Shown: in pieces, positions 23,188-36,200 of the stretch
How the letters are laid out: the number at the start of each line of letters is the position of its first letter
How positions within the stretch are numbered: the first letter of the stretch is position 1
Origin: Heterodontus francisci
Taxonomy: Eukaryota
DNA: 64,000 bases
NCBI RefSeq assembly: GCF_036365525.1
Contig: NC_090399.1
Location: 64,784,862 to 64,848,861 of the forward strand
Direction: 5' to 3'
Translations under genes and position numbers: made by a program
The notes under the pieces: model-generated
The model's database searches: none
What the model was told of the DNA's origin: nothing
The model's input: only the letters and a program-made list of their open reading frames with translations

Positions 23188-23429
23188 CACACAATGTCTA
23201 ATAGAACTGAAGCTAGGAGGTGGAGAAATGCTCCAGGGATTGGGCAATGGATTCAGTGGTTTGGAAATTGACCCAGGAGTTGGGATTGGGGCTAGGGCAG
23301 GGGTCTGCAACCTGCAGCTTCTGAACTGCATGTGGCTCATTGAGGATTCATGTGCGGACCTGACCTTGATCAATCAAACACAGTTTGATGTTAATTAAAT
23401 GGCTTGTTTCTTTTTTAACAACCTTTATT

Positions 23430-24550
23430 CACAAAATCACAGAATAATACAGTGCAGAAGAGGCCCTTCGGGCCATCGAGTCTGCACCGCTGCATTAAAA
23501 CACCTGACCTGTCTACCCAATCCCATTTGCCAGCACTTGGCCCATAGCCTTGAATGTTATGACGGGCCAAGTGCTCATCCAGTTACTTTTTAAAGGATGT
23601 GAGGCAACCTGCCTCTACCACCCTCCCAGGCAGTGCATTCCAGACCTTCATCACCCTCTGGGGTAAAACAGTTCTTCCTCAAATCCCCCTTAAAAGGCGG
23701 CACAGTGGCGCAGTGGTTAGCACCGCAGCCTCACAGCTCCAGCGAGCTGGGTTCAATTCTGGGTACTGCCTGTGCGGAGTTTGCAAGTTCACCCTGTTTC
23801 TGCGTGGGTTTCCTCCGGGTGCTCCGGTTTCCTCCCACAGCCAAAAGACCTGCAGGTTGATAGGTAAATTGGCCATTAGCAATAGCCCCTAGTATAGGTA
23901 GGTGGTAGGAGAATATAGGGACAGGTGAGGATGTGGTAGGAATATGGGATTAGTGTAGGATTAGTATAAATGGGTGGTTAATGGTCGGCACAGACTCGGT
24001 GGGCCGAAGGGCCTGTTTCAGTGCTATATCTCTAAATCTAAATCTAAAAAAAAAATCTAAACCTCCCGCCCCTCACCTTAAAATTGTGACCCCTCGTAAC
24101 TGACCCTTCAACTAAGGGAATAGCTGCTCCCTATTCACCCTGTCCATGCCCCTCATAATCTTGTACAGCTCGATCAGGTCACCCCTCAGTCTTCTCTGCT
24201 CCAGTGAAAACAACCCAAGCCTATCCAACCTCTCTTCATAGCTTAAATGTTCCATCCCAGGCAACATCCTGGTGAATCACCTCTGCACCCCCTTCAATGC
24301 AATCACGTCCTTGCTATTATCTGGTGACCAGAATTGCACACAGTACTCCAGCTGTGGCCTAACCAAAGTTCCACACAACTCGAGCATGACCTCCCTGCTT
24401 TTGTAATCTATGCCTCGACTGATAAAGGCAAGTGTCCCATATGGCTTTTTCACCACCCTATTCACCTGCCCTTCTGCCTTCAGAGATCTATGGACAAACA
24501 CGCCAAGGTCCCTTTGTTCCTCGGAACTTCCCAGTGTCAGGCCATTCCCT
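23430..24550 (-). mobile_element. CR1 LINE 3' end
   Basis: EEQRDLGVFVHRSLK..LVRPQLEYCVQFWSP; 3' UTR at 23430-23600. Confidence 0.88.
23696..24055 (+). mobile_element. V-SINE (HE1-like) nested in CR1
   Basis: Full consensus with (tctaaa)n tail. Confidence 0.9.
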
Positions 24551-24631
24551 CTATCACCTTTCTGACAGAAATATACCTGTCCAGGTGACAAGCAGCTGCC
24601 GAGACATTCAGTGTGTTTACAATGTACAGTG

Positions 24632-24730
24632 TTCTCATGAAGGGTCAATGACCTGAAACGTTAACTCTGCTTCTCTCTCTCCACAGATGCTGCCAGACCT
24701 GCTGAGTATTTACAGCATTTCTTGTTTTTA
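24632..24730 (+). mobile_element. Short Penelope-derived terminal fragment (also 42805-42902)
   Basis: gaagggtcaatgacctgaaacgttaactctgcttctctc..ccacagatgctgccagacctgctgagt matches 63890-63980. Confidence 0.75.
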
Positions 24731-24998
24731 TATACAGAGTCACTTTCTGTTTACAGGGTTCATTGATGTCCCCAAATAATTTGAGGCTGAAGGAGTAACA
24801 CTGGTTAAGAGCTGAACAGGGCCCTCATAAGTTATCAAAGTTCTTGCCTGCAGCAACCATTCATCTGCAATGCGAATGGCAGAGCAACAAATTCCATTGT
24901 CTGCTCATAATTCAGGGGAAGGAAACCAATCAGCAAGTAGATCACTCTCCATGTGATCAGAGGATGTGAACAGGCTTTTCTGTGTGGTAAACCCCCAA

Positions 24999-27042
24999 GG
25001 GGACAGTAGCATAGTGGGAATGTTACTAGACCATTAAACTAGCAGCCTTGACTAATGTTCTGGAGATATAAGTTCAAATCATCCAAGAAAGACAGGGGAA
25101 CTTAAATTCAATGAATTAATAAATCTGGAATAAAATACAATTCTTCTTACTAGTGATCATGAAACTACCAGACTGTTGCAAAAACATATCTGGTTCACTA
25201 ATGGCCTGCAGAAGAGGAGATCTGCCATCCTTACCCAGTCTGTCCTATGGGGGACTCCAGACCCACAACAATGTGCTTGACCCTTAAGCATCCTCTGAAA
25301 TGGTCTAGCAAGCCACTCAGTTGTATCAAACCATTACAGAAAAGTCTGGGCACTGGAAACAACAAAGGTACATCCTGCCCAGTGGACCCTGCAAAGTTCT
25401 CCTCACTAACATCTGGGGACATGTGCCTGACATAGTCATACTCACAGAATCATACCTTACAGATAGTGCCAGACTCCTCCATCATCATCCCTGGATATCA
25501 CCTGTCTCACTGACAAGATGGACCCACGAAAGACATACATCTGGGAGGATGTGGCTCTGGTAGTCTCCAACATTGAGTGTGGGTCCAATGAAGTCTCATG
25601 TTATCAGGTCAAACACGGGTAAGGAAATCTCCTGTTAATTATCACCAAGTGCCCTCCCTCAGCTGATGTATCAATGCTTCTCCATGTTGGGCATAGTATG
25701 TGCTCTGCTTGGGGGACTTCAGCGTCCATCACTAACAATAGCTTCGTAGCACCATTACAGACTGAACTGGCCAAGTGTCGAATGACATATCGGCCTGTTG
25801 GAGGATGCGAGGCTGGCTGCATAGGGGCCCTGGCGTGTCCTGAACATGGTGAAAATACAACACAGGCCATTTGCATGGAAAGCAGCAGGTCATAGACAGA
25901 GCTAAGCGATCCCACAACCAACATCAAATCAAATCTCTGCATTCTGGCAAAATCCAGTCATGAATGGTAGTGGACAATTAAACAACCAATAGGAAGAGGA
26001 GGCCCCAAAAATATGGCCACCCTCAATGATGGGGAAGCCCAGCACGTCAGTGCAAAAGCATTTGCGACAATCTCCAGCCAGAAGTGCCGAGTGGATGATC
26101 CATCTCAGCCACCTCCTGAGGTCCCCAGCATCACAGATGCCAGTTTTCAGCCACTTCGATTCACTCAATTTGATACTCAGAAATTGTTAAAGGCACTGGA
26201 TACTGCAAAGGCTATGGGCCATGACAACATTCTGGCTGTAGTACTGAAGACCTGTATTCCAGAACTAGACATGCCCCGAGCCAAGCTGTTCCAGTGCAGT
26301 GACCACACTGGCATCTACCCGGCAATATGGAAAATTGCCCAGGTATGTTCTGGTCGCAAAAAGAAGAACAAGTCCAATCTGGCCAATTACCGCTCCATCA
26401 GTCTACTCTCAATCATCAACAAAGTGATGGAAGGTGTCATTGATAGTTCTATCAGGGCAGCACTTGCTCAGCAATTGCCTGCTCCCCGATGCTCAGTTTG
26501 GGTTCTACCAGGGCCACTCAGCTCCACACCTCTTTACAGCATTGCCACAAAAATGGATAAAAGAACTGAATTCCAGAGGTGAGGTGAGAGTGACTGCCCT
26601 TGACATCAGGGGAGAATTTGACCAAGGGTGGCATCAAGAAGTACCAGCAAAATTGAAGTCAATGGGACTAAAGGGGGAAGTGCTCCACTGGTTGGAGTCA
26701 TATCTAGCACAAAGTAAGATGGTTGTGGTTGTTGGACGTCAATCATCTCAGTCTCAGGACATCACTGCAGGAGTTTATCAGGTTAGTGTCCTCGGCCCAA
26801 CCATCTGCAGCTGCTTCATCAATGAACTTCCCTCCATCAAAAGGTCATAAGTGGGGATGTTCGCTGATGATTGCACAATGTTCAGTATCATTCATAACTC
26901 CTGAGATACTGAAGCAGTTTGTGACCACATGCAGTAAGACCTAGACAACATTCAGGCTTGGGCTGGAAAATGGCAAGTAACATTCGCAACACACAAGTAG
27001 AAGACAATGACTATCTCCAACAAGAGAGAATATAACCATCTC
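24999..27042 (+). mobile_element. LINE with tRNA-like head, APE and RT; decayed and 3'-deleted at the satellite
   Basis: A box tagcatagtgg and B-box-like agttcaaatc, then TNIWG..DIVILTESYL, NYRSISLLSIINKVMEGV, ALDIRGEFDQGWH, VYQVSVLGP, MFADD. Confidence 0.85.
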
Positions 27043-29890
27043 AATAGAGTTATTGTAAATGAGACTGTTCATCCAGCTAAATACTAGGGTTATTGTAAAT
27101 GAGACTGTTCATCCAGCTCAACACTGCAGTTATTGTAAATGAGACTGTTCATCCAGTTCAACACTAGAGTTATTGTAAATGAGACTGTTCATCCAGCTCA
27201 ACACGAGAGTTATTGTAAATGAGACTGTTCATCCAGCTCAACACAAGAGTTATTGTAAATTAGACTTTTCATCCAGCTCAACACTAGAGTTATTGTAAAT
27301 GAGACTGTTCATCCAGCTCAACACTAGAGTTATTGTAAATGAGACTGTTCATCCAGCTCAACACGAGAGTTATTGTAAATTAGACTTTTCATCCAGCTCA
27401 ACACTAGAGTTATTGTAAATGAGACTGTTCATCCAGTTCAACACTAGAGTTATTGTAAATGAGTCTGTTCATCCAGCTCAACACTACAGTTATTGAAAAT
27501 GAGACTGTTCATCCAGTTCAACACGAGAGTTATTGTAAATGAGACCGTTCATCCAGCTCAACACGAGAGTTATTGTAAATGAGACTGTTCATCCAGTTCA
27601 ACACTGGAGTTACTGTAAATGAGACTGTTCATCCATCTAAACACTACGGTTATTGTAAATGAGACTGTTCATCCATCTCAACACTCGAATTATTGCAAAT
27701 GAGACTGTTCATCCATCTCAAAACAAGAATTATTGTAAATGAGACTGTTCATCCAGCTCAACACTAGAGTTATTGTAAATGAGACTGTTCATCCAGCTCA
27801 ACACTAGAGTTATTGTAAATGAGATTGTTCATCCAGTTCAACACTCGAGTTATTGTAAACGTAACTGTTCATCCAGTTCAACACAAGAGTTATTGTAAAT
27901 GAGATTGTTCATCCAGTTCAACACAAGAGTTATTGTAAATGAGACTGTTCATCCATCTCAACACAAGAGTTATTGTAAATGAGACTGTTCATCCAGCTCA
28001 ACACAAGGGTTATTCTCAATGAGACTGTTCATCCATCTCAATACAAGAGTGATTGTAAATGAGACTGTTCATCCAGCTAAATACTAGGGTTATTGTAAAT
28101 GAGACTGTTCATCCAGCTCAACACTGCAGTTATTGTAAATGAGACTGTTCATCCAGTTCAACACTAGAGTTATTGTAAATGAGACTGTTCATCCAGCTCA
28201 ACACGAGAGTTATTGTAAATGAGACTGTTCATCCAGCTCAACACAAGAGTTATTGTAAATTAGACTTTTCATCCAGCTCAACACTAGAGTTATTGTAAAT
28301 GAGACTGTTCATCCAGCTCAACACTAGAGTTATTGTAAATGAGACTGTTCATCCAGCTCAACACGAGAGTTATTGTAAATTAGACTTTTCATCCAGCTCA
28401 ACACTAGAGTTATTGTAAATGAGACTGTTCATCCAGTTCAACACTAGAGTTATTGTAAATGAGTCTGTTCATCCAGCTCAACACTACAGTTATTGAAAAT
28501 GAGACTGTTCATCCAGTTCAACACGAGAGTTATTGTAAATGAGACCGTTCATCCAGCTCAACACGAGAGTTATTGTAAATGAGACTGTTCATCCAGTTCA
28601 ACACTGGAGTTACTGTAAATGAGACTGTTCATCCATCTAAACACTACGGTTATTGTAAATGAGACTGTTCATCCATCTCAACACTCGAATTATTGCAAAT
28701 GAGACTGTTCATCCATCTCAAAACAAGAATTATTGTAAATGAGACTGTTCATCCAGCTCAACACTAGAGTTATTGTAAATGAGACTGTTCATCCAGCTCA
28801 ACACTAGAGTTATTGTAAATGAGATTGTTCATCCAGTTCAACACTCGAGTTATTGTAAACGTAACTGTTCATCCAGTTCAACACAAGAGTTATTGTAAAT
28901 GAGATTGTTCATCCAGTTCAACACAAGAGTTATTGTAAATGAGACTGTTCATCCATCTCAACACAAGAGTTATTGTAAATGAGACTGTTCATCCAGCTCA
29001 ACACAAGGGTTATTCTCAATGAGACTGTTCATCCATCTCAATACAAGAGTGATTGTAAATGAGACTGTTCATCCAGTTCAACACTAGAGTTATTGTAAAT
29101 GAGACAGTTCATCCAGCTCAACACCAGAGTTATTGTAAATGAGACTGTTCATCCAGTTCAACACTAGAGTTATTGTAAATGAGACTGTTCATCCATCTCA
29201 ACACTAGAGTTATTGTAAATGAGACTGTTCATCCAGTTCAACACTAGAGTTATTGTAAATGAGACAGTTCATCCAGCTCAACACCAGAGTTATTGTAAAT
29301 GAGACTGTTCATCCAGTTCAACACTAGAGTTATTGTAAATGAGACTGTTCATCCATCTCAACACTAGAGTTATTGTAAATGAGACTGTTCATCCAGTTCA
29401 ACACTAGAGTTATTGTAAATGAGACAGTTCATCCAGCTCAACACCAGTGTTATTGTAAATGAGACTGTTCATCCAGTTCAACACTAGAGTTATTGTAAAT
29501 GAGACTGTTCATCCAGTTCAACACTGGAGTTATTGTAAATGAGACTGTTCATCCTGCTCAACACAAGGGTTATTGTCAATGAGACTGTTCATCCATCTCA
29601 ATACAAGAGTGATTGTAAATGAGACTGTTCATCCAGTTCAACAGTAGAGTTATTGTAAATGAGACAGTTCATCCAGCTCAACACCGGGGCTGTTCTAAAT
29701 GAGACTGTTCACCCAGTTCAGTATCAGGGCCTTTGATAATGTGGTCCTCCAGATCAACACAACGTTATTATAGGTTAGACAGTTTTGTTTCCCAGCTGAA
29801 TACCAGTGATTCAGTAAATGACAATGTTCGTACATCTCAACACCAGAGTTACTGTAATTTAGGCTGTTTATGCAGTTTAGCACCAGGGAT
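27043..29890. repeat. 40-bp satellite array upstream of GPCR copy 2
   Basis: Same unit, about 66 clear units to ~29720, then degenerate units; contains higher-order duplications. Confidence 0.97.
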
Positions 29891-30190
29891 CATAGAAAAA
29901 GAATTTGCAATTTACTTTTTGAAGAAATTTCAAGAAAATATAAAATGATTTTGTTTTGCATACCCTTTCATGAACATATTATATTCCACACAAATCCTTG
30001 GAGTAAATGTGATTCATTAAATCAGTTTGTTCAGTGGAATGTAATTAATATCCCTGCTCACATTCCCTAAATGACTGTCTCTATGGAGGGTCCTCTGGAG
30101 TATTAATAAGGACTCCTCTGAATATATCTTGACATTACATGGTCAGGATCCCATGCCTGGCACAACAGACATTGGTGTTTCACACAAGAA

Positions 30191-30260
30191 ATGGAATACC
30201 CTGTAATTTACCAGATAGATCTCATTTACTACCCTCTTCTTGCAGTTGTTGGTATTCCAG
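30191..30260 (+). CDS. GPR139/142-like GPCR, copy 2, coding exon 1 (MEYPVIYQIDLIYYPLLAVVGIP)
   Basis: Same 70-nt exon with CAG|GTAAGA donor. Confidence 0.9.
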
Positions 30261-30923
30261 GTAAGACAGTGATATGAGACAGTAAAATTTAAATATCAAT
30301 TTGTGCCTGTCAATGTTATGTTTTCCATGTTCTGTGGTATCAGCTAAGTGTAAACTAATTCTCTTGATTACGAAATGTGCTTTTTAATTGCAAAAATAAT
30401 GTTTCTTCAATTTTTACCACAACATCAAAATAACAATCCCATTTATTGTTTGCAGTACAAAACCCTCCACAAAGGTTGCACCGGATCAGATCAAAAATAA
30501 ATTAGTATTTTAATGTCCCAATGTTGTTAAGTGGGTTACACTTGTAACATGGTGATTTTAATAATGATTAATTTTTAACATTATTTCATGTACAAATATG
30601 TTTTATTTAACTGCAGAGGTTTCAGCTGTTGCTTCGACTTGATTCCAGCTAAGATGTTTTTTGCTTTTGTTTTAAGTGGATGGGAACATTCAGCAATTTC
30701 TGTTAGTGGTGTGCGACCCACCTGCCAGATTTTCCATTCTGCGCTTTGCCCAGGTGACGTTTAACACACGTGTTGTAAGAGGAAAAGTTACCCCATTAAT
30801 ATCAAGCCAGGAATCCATATCAAACTGTCATTGTTTTTGAAAAGTTCTACTCAATTGTACAAGATGTATAAAGTCAGAAAAGTTCAGGTGTGCTTGCAAC
30901 TGCCGTCTGTGTGCAGATTTGTG

Positions 30924-31242
30924 GGAGGCACAGTGGCGCAGTGGTTAGCACCGCAACTTCACAGCTCCAGGGACCCGGGTTCGATTCTGGGTGCTGCCTG
31001 TGCGGAGTTTGTAAGTTCTCCCTGTGACCACGTGGGTTTCCTCTGGGTGCTCCGGTTTCCTCCCACAGCCAAAGATTTGCAGGTGCTAGGTAAAATAGCT
31101 GTTGTAATTTGCCCCTAATTTAGGGAGGTGGTAGTGAATATGGGATTACTGTAGGGTTAATATAAATGGTTGTTTGATGGTCAGCACAGACTTGGTGGGC
31201 CGAAGGGCCTGTTTCAGTGCTGTATCTCTAAATAAAATTAAA
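30924..31242 (+). mobile_element. V-SINE (HE1-like), same insertion as 7635-7953
   Basis: Same site and flanks as in copy 1. Confidence 0.9.
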
Positions 31243-31424
31243 GTTAAAATTTCAGGTGTGCTTGTGACTGCTGGCTGGCTGCAGATTTGTGCTTCATGGA
31301 AAGCTCAAGCGGTAGATTTTGACAATAGGTGATAGAGTAAAACAAGATATACTGAACCCGCATCCGGCTTTCCAGTTCTCCTGACTTACAATATTGCAGA
31401 AAGTCAAAATCTAACTCCATCTGT

Positions 31425-31746
31425 AAAGACCATAGTCCAAAAGAGCCAGAGAGGCCTCGACAAGTGATATGGAACATATCCCAACAGGACAAGAGAGCCC
31501 TCTACAGGTTGTACAGACCATAGCCCAACAGGACAAGAGAGGCCTCTACAGGTTGCACAGACCATAGCCCAACAGGACAAGAGAGCCCTAGACAGGTTGC
31601 ACAGACCATTGTCAACAGGAAAAGAGAGACCTAGACAGGTTGCACAGACCGTTGTCAACAGGACAAGAGAGCCTTAGACAGGTTGCACAGACCATAGCCC
31701 AACAGGACAAGAGAGCCCTCGACAGGTTGTACAGACCATAGCCCAC
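31425..31746. repeat. 44-bp intronic minisatellite, copy 2 (~7 units)
   Basis: Same unit as 8135-9427. Confidence 0.93.
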
Positions 31747-31900
31747 CAATGAACGATTTAATTTTTAATTAAAATTTATATTTAGTTCAGAACTAGAAAA
31801 CTGATATGTCAATACTTTCTTATTCAACTTTAGATAATTCTTCAAATAAAAGGTTTTGGGACAGTTTTGAGGTAATTTTTAGGTTTCGTGTTTCTTACAG

Positions 31901-32796
31901 TTAACATGGTGGCAATTGTGATCCTGTCCCGAGGGAAGTGCGGTCTCTCCAAATGCATCACTCACTACCTGGTGGCCATGGCAGCGGCCGATCTGACGGT
32001 GGTTATCGTCCATGTGATATTACAACGGATTAATATCTTGTATTTGCCAATTAATTTCCTGTCTCTGACTCCTGTGTGCAAGGTAAACTTTGTTGCATAC
32101 ATTGTCGCTGTAGACTGTTCTGTCTGGTTTACTGTCACCTTCACTTTTGATCGCTTCGTCGCTATTTGCTGTCAGAAGCTACAATCAAAATATTGCACCA
32201 GGAAAATGGCGAGAGTAGTTATCACTACTGTTTTTGTGGTGAGCTGTCTGAGGACCATCCCCTTTTACTACATGAATGAACCTGCCTTTATTATTGACAA
32301 TATGCCATGGTTCTGTGCTTCCACAGCTGATTATTTCACTTCCCCCTTGTGGAAGGCATTTGAGTGGATCGACAGCATCATTACCCCTCTATTACCAATC
32401 CTTCTAATTCTGTTGTTCAATGCACTAACTGTCAGAAACATTATACTAGCAAATAGAGTGCGCAGAGAACTCCGGAGTAACAGTGAGAATCAGCATGATC
32501 CAGAGGTGAAGAATCGGAGGAAATCCATGATTTTACTTTTTGCTATTTCTTCCAATTTCATCCTTTTGTGGATGTTGTATGTTGTGCATTCATTAATCTG
32601 GCCAGTGGCAAATTTCTTTTACACAGACAAATATTACAGTAACCCAATATATATTGCCCAACAAGTTGGGTTTATGCTGCAGCTTCTCAGTTCCTGCACA
32701 AATAGTTGTATCTATGGACTGACACAGAGGAAATTCAGAGAGGAGCTGAAGAATGGGGTGATTTTTGTTTTTACACTGAACAGGAAATTATGTTAA
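31901..32796 (+). CDS. GPR139/142-like GPCR, copy 2, coding exon 2 (spliced protein 321 aa)
   Basis: Acceptor tttcttacag. The exon 2 protein equals copy 1 except L>M at its third residue. Confidence 0.93.
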
Positions 32797-32930
32797 AAAC
32801 AAATAACTAGCATTGACCTGGAACCGAGCAAATAACTTTTCAGGCTATCTGTGGGCAGGTGAAGAGCAAATAGAAGATTGGTTATCTTCAATGAGATATT
32901 GTATCATTATGTATAATAGAATATTAAAAA

Positions 32931-33271
32931 TGGCGCAGTGGTTAGCACCGCAGCCTCACAGCTCCAGCGACCCGGGTTCAATTCTGGGTACTGCCTGTGT
33001 GGAGTTTGCAAGTTCTCCCTGTGTCTGCGTGGGTTTCCTCCGGGTGCTCCAGTTTCCTCCCACATGCCAAAGACTTGCAGGTTGATAGGTAGATTGGTCA
33101 TTATAAATTTCCCCTAGTATAGGTAGGTGGTAGGGAAATATAGGGACAGGTGGGGATGTGGTAGGAATGTGGAATTAGTGTAGGATTAGTATAAATGGGT
33201 GGCTGATGGTCGGCACAGACTCGATGGGCCGAAGGGCCTGTTTCAGTGCTGTATCTCTAAACTAAACGAAA
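32931..33271 (+). mobile_element. V-SINE (HE1-like), same insertion as 10612-10952
   Basis: Essentially identical sequence and flanks. Confidence 0.9.
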
Positions 33272-36200
33272 CAAATGAAAGGTAAAGAATGTAAAAATGG
33301 ATAACATGGTTATACATGAAATACTCCATCATTAATTTGGCCACTAAGTTTGTGGTTTTAGAGCAACAATACACCATCTAATTTATTCCACATAAAGGAG
33401 AGATATTGCTAATAAAAAAATGTCCCGACATGCACTATAATGCACAGTTGAATGAACACATGTAAACATTTTGTTTCCAGAACAAACTCACATAGTTTAT
33501 AAAAGGGAAAATTGCAGGAAAAAAGATGCCTCAAAAAAGATGTCTAAAAGTTATCAAATGTTTGGAAAACATCTGTTCATTGACATTACCTTGACTCTCT
33601 CTCTTTCCCTAACAGAATTTCATGGTATTCCCCATATTTGTTAGCCAACTCCAAGGGACAGATACTTGAGCATTATTGCTACACAACTGGATCTTGCTGG
33701 AGCACATGAAGCTGGCCTCACTTTCTCTAAGCACCTAATCTCCAGGGTCACCCTGAAATGCAAAGATAACCCCTGTGTCTTTTTCATTACCATTAGCCTT
33801 TTTATAGCCTGATCCCCTGCCTGCTCCTGTCTCACCTCCAATGACAGGTGCATGAATGTCTTCACCACTTAGTTAAGAACATCCATTCACCTGCTTCTGT
33901 TGAAATTCATGTTTGCTTCCCATCAAACCAAACCTATCCGAGGCTCCCTTTGTCCTGGCACTGAACCAAATGCTTTTGCTGGCTGTCCCTGTCTCTATTC
34001 GAACTTGTCGTGTCCACAAAACCCACCGCCTGCTGTCTTGAGCTAGTTCCACTTTAATGACAACTCAACCTCTGTTCCATTATCCGATGTTAGTTGATAA
34101 TTAACACCTGACCTTCTTCTCAGCTTCTGCCCCCTCCCTTTCAAAACCACCATTGAAAGCCCTTCCTCAAATGTCAATCCTCAACTCCTCTGTTCTTCCA
34201 AACTGTAACCACATGGCGAACCCCCATTTCATCATCAAATTCCTTCAACATGTTACTTCCTTCCATATCCAAGCTCATATTTCTGAACATTCCAAATTTG
34301 ATTCTCTTCAATCACACTCTCTGTGGGTGATGCACAATCCCTCTACAGGACCTCCTCAATCTCTCTGCAACCTATCATGTGGTTGACTACACCATCTCCT
34401 GTAATGTCTCTGAACCACTTCATGAAGACGTGTTTCCTGATTTCTCTCTTCAAAGGCCTGTTTTTTTTTAGACTCTGCCCCCCCTCGAGCCTTAAACTCC
34501 CCAACCAGCAGAAGTTGTTTATCTCTCTCGAACCCACCTTTTCCTCTTAATATATTGAAAACATCGATCAAATCACCCCTTAAACTTCTAAATTGCAGTA
34601 AATGCAAATGTAGTTTGTGTAATATCCTCTTGTAAATTAACCATTGTCGTCCAGGTATCATCTTGGTAAATCATCGCCACTACACTCCCTACAAGGCTAA
34701 TATATCCTTTGTAAGTTGTGGTGCCCCGAACTGCTCACTGTACTCCAGGCGTGGTTTAACCAGGGCTTTGTATACCTGAAGCATGACGTCTACTCTCTTG
34801 TATTCTATTCCTCCAGATATAAAAGCCAGAATTCCATTCGACGTTTTGATTGTGATTTGTCCCTGTTCATGTCATTTTAATGATCAATGTACCGGGATGC
34901 ACATGTCTCTTTGTTTCCAGCTTTCTACCATTTAGGAAGTAACCTGTTCTATCCTTTTAATGTCTCATGTTGATGACCTCACATTTTCTCACATTGAAAA
35001 CCATTTACCACAGTTTTGTCTCTTCACTTAATCTATCAATATGTCTTTATATTTTTATCCTTCCATCTGCACTACTTACAACACTGGTCAGTAATTTACC
35101 TTCAATTTCATCAGCTTCAAATGTAGCTAACTGTTGCATTTATCAAATTTCTTCTGAAAATCTATATCAGTACAATTTGTAAGACATTCCCCTGCCCACT
35201 ACTTTAGTCACCTCTTGATTTATCAGGCATGACCTAACCTTGACAAAGTCACACTGACTCCCTCTGATCAGCTGAAAATGTTCAAGGTGTTCAGTCACAC
35301 TATCCTGAATGATAAGGATAATGCACTCTAACATTTCCTGACTGTGGATGTTAGGCTAACTGCTCTTTAATTCTCTGTGTTTCTGCTCTCTACTTTCTGA
35401 AATAGTGGATTGCCACACATAGTTTTCTAATCTGAAGGAACAGTTCACGAATCGGGAGAGCTTTGGAAGATTATTTAACAAGATTATCACCCAGTTCCTA
35501 TGAAAATTCCAGCATGTAAACCATATGGTCCTAGGGATTTCTCACTCTTAAACACAATTATATTTTTCACTTCTGTTATTTTCTGTGCGTTATTTTTGAC
35601 TGATGCCTGCCCCTGATTCCACATTAATTTACGAGGAATGTCTGTCATGCTGACCTCTTCCTCTAATGTAATTAATGAACCAAAATAATTATTCAGCTGG
35701 TCGGCCCTTTCCTTATTTTCAATGACAATATCACCACTAAATGTTTTCAAGGAACCCACATTGTTCCTCTTTTCCCCAATGTAACTGAAAGGTTTTTGTG
35801 TTGGTGTTGATATCTCTTGCATGGTTCTTTTCATACACAATTTTAGCAGCCTTTACTATCTGTTTTGTCATCAATTGCTGTTATTCTATCTTTCCCAATG
35901 GTCAGGATATGTGTTTTTATTTACATTTTGTATGCTTTCTCTTTCAGTTTTATGTTTCATCTTAAATCTTTAGTTGCTCATGACTGTTTATTGGCTAGTT
36001 TGTATTTTGCCCCTGAGGGTATATACTGGTTCTGTATCATATTACATACTTTTTGATCATCTTCCACTGTTCTTATGTCATTTTACCCATGAACAGATTT
36101 GTCCAGTTTACTGTGGACACTGTTTCATCCCATTGAGTCAGCCTTACTTAAATCTAGAATCTTAGTAACTGTTTTGTGATTCTCCATTTCAAACACTCCG

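Larger units (their letters stand above)
24555..27042 (+). repeat. Segmental duplication of 42727-45214 (region upstream of the satellites of genes 2 and 3)
   Basis: Near-identical colinear sequence starting cacctttctgacagaaatatacc; identical ORF translations in both. Confidence 0.95.
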
